IMG/VR virus record: IMGVR_UViG_3300021087_000011
Source of the DNA: an uncultured virus (IMG/VR IMGVR_UViG_3300021087_000011)
Lineage: Duplodnaviria; Heunggongvirae; Uroviricota; Caudoviricetes
Length of the DNA: 20,000 nucleotides
Reading direction: 5' to 3' (one strand)
In this document: positions 1 through 7,552 of the stretch, piece by piece
How the letters are laid out: the number at the start of each line of letters is the position of its first letter
How positions within the stretch are numbered: position 1 is the stretch's first letter
Program-made: the position numbers and the translations under genes
Notes under the pieces: generated by a model
What the model saw: the letters and a program-made list of their open reading frames with translations, nothing else
Told to the model about the DNA's origin: nothing
Database searches by the model: none

Positions 1-2030
1 TTGATCAGATCACCCCTACTGTTTGCTCGGGTAGGGATTTCTTTTTTAGGACCACGGATATCCCTCCGCTTGGCCGAAGGTTGTCTGATCATCCTCACTG
101 GGACAACTTGCATACCTAATCGCTGTGCGGCGGCCAGCCTGTGGTTTCCTTCGTCGAGAGCAAGAGTGCCGGTTTCTGGATCGTATTGAACCACCAACGA
201 ATGCTTGATGCCGTTGGCGCGGATGTCCTCTGTCAACTCGTCCAACTTCCCCATAATGATGGGGGCGTCTAGTTCATAACTTCGCATCTCTCCAGCACGA
301 GTGGCGGCGTCCTCATCCCAACCGTTGCTGGCTGAAGGTCCGATGTTGCCCGGCATGTCATCGAAGAATTCGATGGGTACGAGTTCGGTATGGTCGAAGT
401 TGTAGAAATCAGTCAGAGCGGGATGAGGGTAGATCGGGTCGCTTACGTCTTGGATTCCATAAGCCTTGATGATTTTTTGGATCTGCTCATTGCGGAACGC
501 TTCATATTCATCACGGGTAAATTGCCCCATGCGTTCCTTGGTTGGGGGGCGTTCTTCTGCTCCGACACCTTCTGGTCGAGCATCTGGAGTGGGGGTATCA
601 AGATCGGTCTCGTCACCCTCTTCATCCCAATTGCGCCCCTGTAGGAGGCGTCTGCTGGAACGGAAACCACGAGATGGTCCTGGCTTACGGGGAAGTGCCG
701 GTCGTTCCCATGGTGTGCCCTCCTGGACAAGCATGTCCAAGTCAGCATCTCTGGCATCTGGGTTAAACCTTGTCGTGAGGGCTCTCCCAGCCCTACGAAC
801 TTTTCCCGACCCTCCACCACCACCTCGGGAAAGGCCACGACCAAGCCTCCGGCCTAGGGCCTTTGTAGCCGTTTCAACGGCTTCGATGAAGTCGGGTGTC
901 GCCCCCGATTTGATGATAATTCCTTCTTCGGTCACCTCGGCGATTGCGCCGTGGTAATCAATGATGGGATCCAGTAGAGACTTGGTAGCGAAAGCATCTT
1001 CAAGTTTGCAAGAAATGACCAGTTGGTCTTCACCTTTTGCACTGTCGTCGCTGTCCAGTTTTTGGACAATGCGCATGATCCTTGGCATGACAGTGTCTTG
1101 CGGGTTCTGCTCGTAGCGGTTAGCCGGATTGATTTGTGGCTTTACTTGAACTCCCGGGGGTTTGACTGGCGCGTACACCATCTGCGGAATAACCCGTTCA
1201 GGTTGACCCAGCATAAAACCCCGTTTCGGGCAATGATGGAAGTGAACTCGATACATGGCCGTTCCATTATCGGAACGTTGAACCTGGAAGACGGCTACAC
1301 CTTCTGTGGCGCTAATGAGTTTGATCGGCTGTGGTGAGCGAGACTGCAACTCCAGTTCCAACTTGTGATCATGCTCGTCGGACATGCTCTCAGTCCGTGG
1401 AGTCTCGACGGGCATCATTGCGAGCATCCCGTCTTTCTCGTCGAGGTCATCAAAGGCGAATTCGAGATCGTGGGTCTCTGTGATGGGACGCTCCATAAGG
1501 GCCGCTTCAGCGCCCTTGACGGAGATGGTCCCCGTGAGTTGGTTTGCCCCATGCAGTACCGGAGAACATTCGTACAGTTCTACTTCGTGCAGAATGTTTG
1601 CTTGTCGAACAGGATCGAATGTGGCGTTGATGGTCTTGTAGCCGATTGACCACTCTTGTTCACCACCAAAGAAGGCAACGTTGGCGAAGGCTTCTCGACC
1701 CTTTTCGGATCCGAGATTGAATTGGACTCGTGCATACAGGCCCCCGACACCTCCCGCTTTCATTTTTTCTGGGAGGCGTGGATCGCTAGGTCCCACTTCT
1801 TGGATGTCTAGAACTTTCCCAATAGGGTCATTCCAGTTGTGGCCCCAAACAACACGCGGCTTGCGCCGTTGAAGAGTGCCGGCAAAGGCTCCTGGCTGAA
1901 TAATGTCGCCGACGGAGTCCTTGTTGCCGATGCCTGCCACGAAACATTCGACAATACCTTGAGCCTTGTCAACGCTAACCTGGCCGTTGCTGGCTTTGAT
2001 TTGGATATCTGTTTCCATCCCTACAGGCAT
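1..2030 (-). CDS. HK97-family prohead protease fused to a long C-terminal extension that includes a ParB/Srx-like domain (3' end runs off the window)
   Basis: Manual translation, absent from the ORF track because no stop lies in the window. ATG at 2030 has GGGAG 6 nt upstream, and the frame stays open to base 1. N-terminal motifs: MPVGMETDIQIKAS...VECFVAGIGNKDSVGDIIQPGAF...VVWGHNWNDPIGKV...GLYARVQFNL...EWSIGY...EVELYECSPVLHGAN (His and Ser catalytic motifs of the HK97 protease family). Region ~85-390 reads ELVPIEFF...LDELTEDIRANGIKHSLVV...LDEGNHRLAAAQRLGMQVVPVRMI. Confidence 0.9.
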   Translation of the reverse strand, partial: MPVGMETDIQIKASNGQVSVDKAQGIVECFVAGIGNKDSVGDIIQPGAFAGTLQRRKPRVVWGHNWNDPIGKVLDIQEVGPSDPRLPEKMKAGGVGGLYARVQFNLGSEKGREAFANVAFFGGEQEWSIGYKTINATFDPVRQANILHEVELYECSPVLHGANQLTGTISVKGAEAALMERPITETHDLEFAFDDLDEKDGMLAMMPVETPRTESMSDEHDHKLELELQSRSPQPIKLISATEGVAVFQVQRSDNGTAMYRVHFHHCPKRGFMLGQPERVIPQMVYAPVKPPGVQVKPQINPANRYEQNPQDTVMPRIMRIVQKLDSDDSAKGEDQLVISCKLEDAFATKSLLDPIIDYHGAIAEVTEEGIIIKSGATPDFIEAVETATKALGRRLGRGLSRGGGGGSGKVRRAGRALTTRFNPDARDADLDMLVQEGTPWERPALPRKPGPSRGFRSSRRLLQGRNWDEEGDETDLDTPTPDARPEGVGAEERPPTKERMGQFTRDEYEAFRNEQIQKIIKAYGIQDVSDPIYPHPALTDFYNFDHTELVPIEFFDDMPGNIGPSASNGWDEDAATRAGEMRSYELDAPIIMGKLDELTEDIRANGIKHSLVVQYDPETGTLALDEGNHRLAAAQRLGMQVVPVRMIRQPSAKRRDIRGPKKEIPTRANSRGDLI

Positions 2031-2051
2031 AGATAACTCCCTGTTGCTCTG

Positions 2052-2068
2052 TAGTCATAATAGAGCAC
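2052..2068 (-). promoter_or_regulatory. Candidate -10 element (TGCTCTATTAT) upstream of the protease gene
   Basis: TATTAT hexamer in the AT-rich intergenic region between portal and protease. It lies within a 6-bp inverted repeat TGCTCT(2045-2050)/AGAGCA(2062-2067). Confidence 0.35.
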
Positions 2069-2127
2069 ACTGATGGTGGTCTACTGTAAAATAATGTGAA
2101 AAATGTGTTAGTTTCTGTAAATGGCTA

Positions 2128-4086
2128 CTAACCCGCTAGATTCCAGGCCCTACGCGATTCATCGGAAGCAAGTTGCGGACGCACTTTGGCCAATAGATAT
2201 GTGAAATGACTAACCAAGGCAGACTTGAATGCTGCCAATCGAGCATCGTCTTCTTCTATACGCAAAGAGTAAGAGATTTCTTTAGAGATTGACTCTCTAC
2301 TGTCAAGATTGATTGCTTTGATTCTATCCATTTGAGAGTTGATGTGTGTAACGACATCTTCGGCCAGGGGCGGATGATTTTCTGCTGATTTGCCCAAGTA
2401 TGACTCTGTTGCATCTTTAACAATTGCATTTAGAACTGGACGGATGTCCTCATCCATCTGCTTGTCCCAAACGTCTTGGGGCATAAGCAAATCAACTACA
2501 AGGCTTCCTTTAGACAGTGCCTTCCGGGCTTTGGCTCCAGCGGCTTTTTCTAAAACCACCCTCTGTTGGCGCTCGAATAAACGTTCGACACTTCGATCCA
2601 GAATTCCTGACCACCTATTCAAATCGGAATCCATGGAATCAGTTTTGAATTCCATACCTCCGACCTCTTCAGATAACTGCTGTGGTGCGGTTGCCGCCTG
2701 AGCGGCCATAGCGCCCTGCATGGTGTTTGGATCCATTGGGGCTTCCGCTGGTACCATCCCTCCGGGAGGAGCCTCCTGGGGCGCTCCTGGGGGCGCTCCT
2801 GGCATTTGACCACCGGGTCCCATCGTTACATTGGGTTCCGGTTCCATTTCTTTGTGGGTATTCGCTATTGGGGTGAGGTTCGGATTTTGTAGCAGGGAAT
2901 CTCCAAGATCAGAATGAACAATCTTGCGACCAGTTGCCTCCCGATATTCATTGGCACTGATTAGGCCAGTTTGAAATTCTTGAAGAACATAACGTGATCG
3001 CTCTTGTCGATACATCGTGAGGGTCGGAACTTCATCTAGGTCGAAGTCGACATAGTGCCTGTCGTCTAAGTCATCTAGAGCGCGAGCGATGTGTTGAAGG
3101 TGGGGTGCCATGGTCTCGCTCCAGAACACTCGGATTTCCTCGCCTGCATTACTGAAGGTTCTTCCGGAGGCGTTGCCGATGACCGACTCAGGCACTCCGA
3201 AGGAGGCCAAAATCTCTTCTTTTGTGATCTGCCTCATTTGGATATAAGCGGAATCACGAGGACTTGCAGAGGTGTCGACATAATCGACACCATCATCGGC
3301 GGCGATAACGGTGGTCGCTCCTGCTCGGCCCAAGTTTCCTCGGAACCTGTTTCTCAGTTCGTTCCGGTCGTCATCATCAATTTCTCCCTTGACTACGAGC
3401 AGTCCTCCGGGACGACCATCGTTGAGGAGGTAGTTCCGGTTGTACAACTTGGCAAGGTTTTCGATTTCAATAGCCACCCCAGCGGCTTCCATTGGAGTCA
3501 TGGAGAGGTATGGGTCGAGTGGGTGTGGTCGACGAATCCATATGACGCTTTCGGGAGGCATAATCACCTTCCGACCATCCGGCATGGCAACCTCGTACCC
3601 GGAGACAAATCGCTTGGGGTGGGGGATGGGTGCCGTGGTTTGAGGAGGAAGCAGGTTGAGACCGATTACCCGACCGTCGCGTCCTCTGATCTTTTCAACG
3701 AATGCGCCACGCGTCCCCATGAGGAGTTGTGATGACAGTCGGTATCGAAAGATGAAAGAATTTTCTCCGATATTAGATTTAGTATTCAGGAGATCTAATA
3801 TGGAATCTTTCTTAAGTCTTTTACTTGTTACAATTTCGCCATCGGGTGAATTGTCTTTTCGAAGGATTACGGGAAGGCGTGCTTGGTTGCCCGCGATGGC
3901 ATCGATACATCGGGCCACCCATGTAACTTTTTGCATGCCCTCTCGTTGGGCGCGTTCAATGTCCCATGAATCACGATAAGGCTGACCGGTGAGGTTGGGG
4001 TTTTGGGCTACCGGTGCGCCCGGACCTACAATGGCCCTGCCTGCTGCCATTTGGTGCGATTTTGTTTCTGGAGAGTTCCAAGCCAT
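2128..4086 (-). CDS. HK97-family portal protein with a Pro-rich linker and C-terminal helical extension
   Basis: Portal motifs WVARCIDAIA..ARLP, LDLLN...N, L.G.AFV, L.LLPP, G.RPGGLL, EEILASFGVPESVIG, GLISANEYREATG. About 240 extra C-terminal residues follow. Confidence 0.93.
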   Translation of the reverse strand: MAWNSPETKSHQMAAGRAIVGPGAPVAQNPNLTGQPYRDSWDIERAQREGMQKVTWVARCIDAIAGNQARLPVILRKDNSPDGEIVTSKRLKKDSILDLLNTKSNIGENSFIFRYRLSSQLLMGTRGAFVEKIRGRDGRVIGLNLLPPQTTAPIPHPKRFVSGYEVAMPDGRKVIMPPESVIWIRRPHPLDPYLSMTPMEAAGVAIEIENLAKLYNRNYLLNDGRPGGLLVVKGEIDDDDRNELRNRFRGNLGRAGATTVIAADDGVDYVDTSASPRDSAYIQMRQITKEEILASFGVPESVIGNASGRTFSNAGEEIRVFWSETMAPHLQHIARALDDLDDRHYVDFDLDEVPTLTMYRQERSRYVLQEFQTGLISANEYREATGRKIVHSDLGDSLLQNPNLTPIANTHKEMEPEPNVTMGPGGQMPGAPPGAPQEAPPGGMVPAEAPMDPNTMQGAMAAQAATAPQQLSEEVGGMEFKTDSMDSDLNRWSGILDRSVERLFERQQRVVLEKAAGAKARKALSKGSLVVDLLMPQDVWDKQMDEDIRPVLNAIVKDATESYLGKSAENHPPLAEDVVTHINSQMDRIKAINLDSRESISKEISYSLRIEEDDARLAAFKSALVSHFTYLLAKVRPQLASDESRRAWNLAG

Positions 4087-4088
4087 AT

Positions 4089-4256
4089 TTACTCAAGACC
4101 TAATAGGAAGCCAAGGATCCCACATGTTGCGCCAGCGACTATTAACCCCCACGAGGGTTGAATCATCCACGCGCCGATGCTTGTGAATATAATAAAGGAT
4201 ACCATTAGAGCATTTGCTGCATTTGCCCGACCAAACAGGGCTCTTAGCCAGTTCAT
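4089..4256 (-). CDS. Small membrane protein (55 aa, two hydrophobic segments) immediately upstream of the portal
   Basis: Manual translation MNWLRALFGRANAANALMVSFIIFTSIGAWMIQPSWGLIVAGATCGILGFLLGLE*. The stop lies 2 nt before the portal ATG, and the ORF is below the track length cutoff. Small membrane genes just upstream of HK97-type portals are a common arrangement. Confidence 0.8.
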   Translation of the reverse strand: MNWLRALFGRANAANALMVSFIIFTSIGAWMIQPSWGLIVAGATCGILGFLLGLE

Positions 4257-4318
4257 GGGTGTTACCCTAGCGCACTCGCCAGCCTGCTCTAGAATGTATG
4301 AGAACTGGAGTTGTGATC
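4257..4318. promoter_or_regulatory. Divergent promoter region between the head operon and the terminase operon
   Basis: Minus strand: TAGGGT (4264-4269) lies 7 nt before the ATG at 4256, a leaderless geometry. Plus strand: TAGAAT (4290-4295), then RBS GGAG (4307-4310) before ATG 4319. Confidence 0.55.
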
Positions 4319-5623
4319 ATGGCTGATTGGGAAAGCATTTTAGAATTTCTACAACCGAAGGAGTCTCCATATTGTCCGGAGACTGCTTCGTTGACGCAGA
4401 AAGTATTTCTGCGCACCTACTCCATGGAGGCCCTGTTCGGCGGTGCGGCCGGCGGGGGCAAATCTTCCGCACTACTCATGTCGGCATTGCAATATGTGGA
4501 CGTGCCAAATTACTCCGCCATTATCTTTCGTCGCACCTACGCCGACCTTGCCCTACCCGGCGCCATCATGGATCGCTTCACTTCATGGATTGGCAACGCA
4601 GATGACGTGTCGTGGAATGGATCCCTGTATGTGGCCACATTCCCATCGGGTGCCCGAATCTCATTCGGCTACCTAAACAACAGCCAGGACTACCTGCGCT
4701 ACAAGGGAGCGGAGTTCCAGTTCATTGGGATGGACGAGGTCACTGAGATCAGGGAACACGATTACCGCTACCTCTTCTCTCGACTGCGGCGACCAGCAAC
4801 AGGTCCCGTCTCTCAAGTTCCACTTCGGATGAGGTGTGCTTCCAACCCTGCACCCAATTGGGTAAGACAACGGTTCATAGTGGAAGGCGATACCACGGGC
4901 CGAGTCTTTGTCCCATCACTGCTTACCGACAATCCGGGTATCGACGCTGAGTCCTATCGTCAATCACTCCAGGCGTTGGACCCTGTAGAACGCAAGAGGC
5001 TCGAAGAGGGTGATTGGTGGTCAACCACATTGGGGACCATGTTCGACAGGGAGTCTGTTGTTCTTCTAGAAGGCGACGAGGTGCCGACACTGACACCCCG
5101 AGCAAAGGCAGTTCGATTTTGGGACCTTGCGGCATCAGAGCCATCTCCCTCTTATCCGGACCCTGACTGGACAGTAGGAACTTTGATGCTCTTCGATGAG
5201 GGAATTTCCTATGTCCTGGATGTCAAGAAGATCCGCCATCGGGGAGAAAAGGTCGAACAGTTCATCGCCCAGACGGCATATGAGGATGGGGTGTCAGTCC
5301 CTATCCGAATGGAACAAGAGCCAGGGTCCGCAGGTAAAGCACTCATCAACCAGTACGCAAGATTTGTTGTGCCGGGATTCGATATCCACGGCATCCGGTC
5401 GACCGGTGACAAGGTGACTCGTGCGCGTCCATTCGCTGCGGCCATCGCCAATGGCAACGTGAGGGTGGTAAGGGGCACATGGCTAACTGACTGGCTCGAT
5501 GAATTGTCGTCGTTCCCGGAAGCCTGTCCCCATGATGACCAGGTTGACTCGGCGACGGGAGCCTTCTCATTTCTTACAGGTTTAGGCTTGCCTCAACGCA
5601 AACGGGCGGCTATTCTGGCCTAA
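4319..5623 (+). CDS. terL: Terminase large subunit
   Basis: Walker A GGAAGGGKS, Walker B FIGMDE, coupling motif ASNP, nuclease motifs WDLA and HDDQVDS. Start 4319 is preferred over 4298 because of the GGAG RBS and the -10 position. Confidence 0.95.
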   Translation: MADWESILEFLQPKESPYCPETASLTQKVFLRTYSMEALFGGAAGGGKSSALLMSALQYVDVPNYSAIIFRRTYADLALPGAIMDRFTSWIGNADDVSWNGSLYVATFPSGARISFGYLNNSQDYLRYKGAEFQFIGMDEVTEIREHDYRYLFSRLRRPATGPVSQVPLRMRCASNPAPNWVRQRFIVEGDTTGRVFVPSLLTDNPGIDAESYRQSLQALDPVERKRLEEGDWWSTTLGTMFDRESVVLLEGDEVPTLTPRAKAVRFWDLAASEPSPSYPDPDWTVGTLMLFDEGISYVLDVKKIRHRGEKVEQFIAQTAYEDGVSVPIRMEQEPGSAGKALINQYARFVVPGFDIHGIRSTGDKVTRARPFAAAIANGNVRVVRGTWLTDWLDELSSFPEACPHDDQVDSATGAFSFLTGLGLPQRKRAAILA

Positions 5624-5639
5624 ATAGTATGGAGGCCAA

Positions 5640-6137
5640 ATGACACCTGAAGATGTCCGGGCGTTGCGGATGGAAATCACCGCCCTCGATTCCAAGTTGC
5701 TTGAATATACGAAAGCCGACCATCCGGTCGAAGATTCAGCCAACCTATTACTCGAATTGAATCTCGCCAAACGGGATATGGGGGATCTCTACAACACCCT
5801 GTCTGCTTGGATTGGTGGCGTCATGGAGAGCAACCAGTTGCTGCCACTCAGGAATGGCGCACAGGTAGAACGCAAGATGTCCTCTAGCCGTTCTGGATGG
5901 CAACACAAGGATCTCGCCCGAGACGTGATCGGGCGTATCGAAGAATCGTCCGTTGATATGGGGACGGGCGAAGTTGTTATGACTCCGACCGAGATGGTCT
6001 TGAAGATGATGGACTACTGTCAGCCGTCCTATTGGAGGGTGGGGGAACTCAACAAGATCGGATTGAACCCCGACAATTATTGTTCGGGATCTGAAAGCAA
6101 GATAAGTGTGATTGTCAGAAGGGGCGACGCAGAATGA
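5640..6137 (+). CDS. Hypothetical phage protein (N-terminal coiled coil)
   Basis: 165 aa, strong GGAGG RBS, ATGA overlap with the next gene. Confidence 0.8.
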   Translation: MTPEDVRALRMEITALDSKLLEYTKADHPVEDSANLLLELNLAKRDMGDLYNTLSAWIGGVMESNQLLPLRNGAQVERKMSSSRSGWQHKDLARDVIGRIEESSVDMGTGEVVMTPTEMVLKMMDYCQPSYWRVGELNKIGLNPDNYCSGSESKISVIVRRGDAE

Positions 6138-6772
6138 GTAAAGATCTATTAAAACAACTATCCACACCATTTCCAGAAGAACTGGAAGGCACCCTGAACA
6201 AAGGGGGAATGGCCTTCAGGTTTGTTTCGGTCAACGAGGTCATTGCGCGCCTCAACGAAGTGCTTGGGGTCGAGAACTGGACCTTTGAGGTCATCTCTTG
6301 TGAGCGCACCCTTGAGGGGGGCGACAACATCATTGCCCATGTCCGCCTATCGGCTCTTGTCGAGGGTAAGTCACTTCAAAGGGATGCGTATGGTGGTGCA
6401 GAGGTCAAGGCAAAGAAGAACGGGGGTCTCCTCGATTTAGGCAACGATCACAAAATCGCTGTTTCCGACGGCCTAAAGAAGGCTGCCTCCATGATCGGTG
6501 TGGGTCTATACCTCTACCGTTCCGAAGAAGCCCTCGCCCACGAGGCCCACACTTCTGAAGATCCAGAAGCGAGGGAGTTGTACGACAACTTCAGCAGCCT
6601 GATTGCCAAGTTTGATAAACCCCAAAAGGAAGAGGTGGCGATCTTCTGGAAAGAGCATGCAGGGGAACGCCCCAAGCCGAAGCCCGACGCTATGGGTAGT
6701 GTCGAAGATCTAACGGCCTTAGTTGAGAAGTGTGTCGCCATTTCCTTTGGCGCGGAAACCGTCAATGAGTGA
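6134..6772 (+). CDS. Rad52/Rad22-family (Sak-like) single-strand annealing protein
   Basis: L..PF, FVSVNEVIARLNEVLGVENW, K.AVSDGLKKAASMIGVGLYLY are typical Rad52-fold motifs. Confidence 0.88.
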   Translation: MSKDLLKQLSTPFPEELEGTLNKGGMAFRFVSVNEVIARLNEVLGVENWTFEVISCERTLEGGDNIIAHVRLSALVEGKSLQRDAYGGAEVKAKKNGGLLDLGNDHKIAVSDGLKKAASMIGVGLYLYRSEEALAHEAHTSEDPEARELYDNFSSLIAKFDKPQKEEVAIFWKEHAGERPKPKPDAMGSVEDLTALVEKCVAISFGAETVNE

Positions 6773-6920
6773 GCCGGTCGTGAAGTTTCCCAAAAACTCG
6801 ATGTACCGCTGCCCGTCGTGCACGTTGCATTACATAGGGGGTAGGTCCGCGGAAAGGTACGACTCTTCCTGTAATGTCTGCGGCACCACCATCGACCCCA
6901 AAGGGGACCGCGTTAAATGA
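6765..6920 (+). CDS. Small zinc-ribbon protein (51 aa)
   Basis: MSEPVVKFPKNSMYRCPSC...CNVCGTTIDP carries two CxxC motifs. ATG 6765 overlaps the end of the annealase gene. Confidence 0.7.
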   Translation: MSEPVVKFPKNSMYRCPSCTLHYIGGRSAERYDSSCNVCGTTIDPKGDRVK

Positions 6921-7027
6921 GCAACATCCGGAAGCCACAGTACGACACTTTTACCCGCAAACAATTATTGAAGTTTCGGGAAGAGGAAGCAGAGCGCATG
7001 AAAAAGGAAAAATCTAAAACAAAATAG
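6917..7027 (+). CDS. Very small basic hypothetical protein (36 aa)
   Basis: MSNIRKPQYDTFTRKQLLKFREEEAERMKKEKSKTK*. ATGA overlap with the previous stop, and it fills the gap before the gene at 7040. Confidence 0.55.
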   Translation: MSNIRKPQYDTFTRKQLLKFREEEAERMKKEKSKTK

Positions 7028-7039
7028 GGGTACATATAT

Positions 7040-7552
7040 ATGAATACTTTAAATACGAAAGAAATGCTCCAACGGTTTCACGACCGAGCGGAGGCAGTGA
7101 AGGGGCGGAACATGCCGCCAGTAGCGGGGGTTGAACGCCAAAGATTTATTAAACAGGCCGAACTTGATTATCAAGACTTTGCCTTGATTGCAGATGCTCA
7201 GATCAGTTTGGAGGGAGGGGTTTTGACGGTCGACCTGCGACCTGCGATTTGTGATGCCACGATTCGAAAATCACCGACAGGGATCGTCGACAAGACTGCA
7301 GAGCATGAAACCCGAGCGGCCATGGACAACATCGCCAGCGCCCTCCCGACCGACGGTGCCAAGATCACTCCCAAGATGCTCGACTCCAAAGCAGACCTAC
7401 AGGACTTGATTGACGGAGCCGAGATGTTCAGAGTGGTTAAAACCATCGAACCGATCGACGTGGATGCATGTCCCGGTGCAGATCTAGCCAAACCTGTCCA
7501 ATCCTCCATCCAGCCCGTAGGTTTCAGTTTGACGCACGGGTATTTGATATGA
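7040..7552 (+). CDS. Hypothetical protein; N-terminal ~70 aa possibly host-derived
   Basis: 170 aa, ATGA overlap with the next gene. The N-terminal RFHDRAEAVK.R.MPPVAG.ERQ.FI.QA..D..DFA.I.DA...L..G.L..DLRP resembles, from memory, a small conserved Acidimicrobiia protein. Confidence 0.7.
   Translation: MNTLNTKEMLQRFHDRAEAVKGRNMPPVAGVERQRFIKQAELDYQDFALIADAQISLEGGVLTVDLRPAICDATIRKSPTGIVDKTAEHETRAAMDNIASALPTDGAKITPKMLDSKADLQDLIDGAEMFRVVKTIEPIDVDACPGADLAKPVQSSIQPVGFSLTHGYLI

Noticed and set aside
1..2036. Many plus-strand ORFs (e.g. 466-957, 1023-1337, 1365-1649) and the minus-strand 443-844 ORF
   Set aside because: Shadow or alternate frames of the long minus-strand protease polyprotein, which has clear motifs and an RBS.
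2390..4186. Plus-strand ORFs such as 3091-3732 (213 aa)
   Set aside because: Antisense to the portal, with no motifs or RBS.
4298..4318. Terminase start at ATG 4298 as in the ORF track
   Set aside because: It lies only 2 nt after the candidate -10 and lacks an SD, whereas ATG 4319 has GGAG at suitable spacing.
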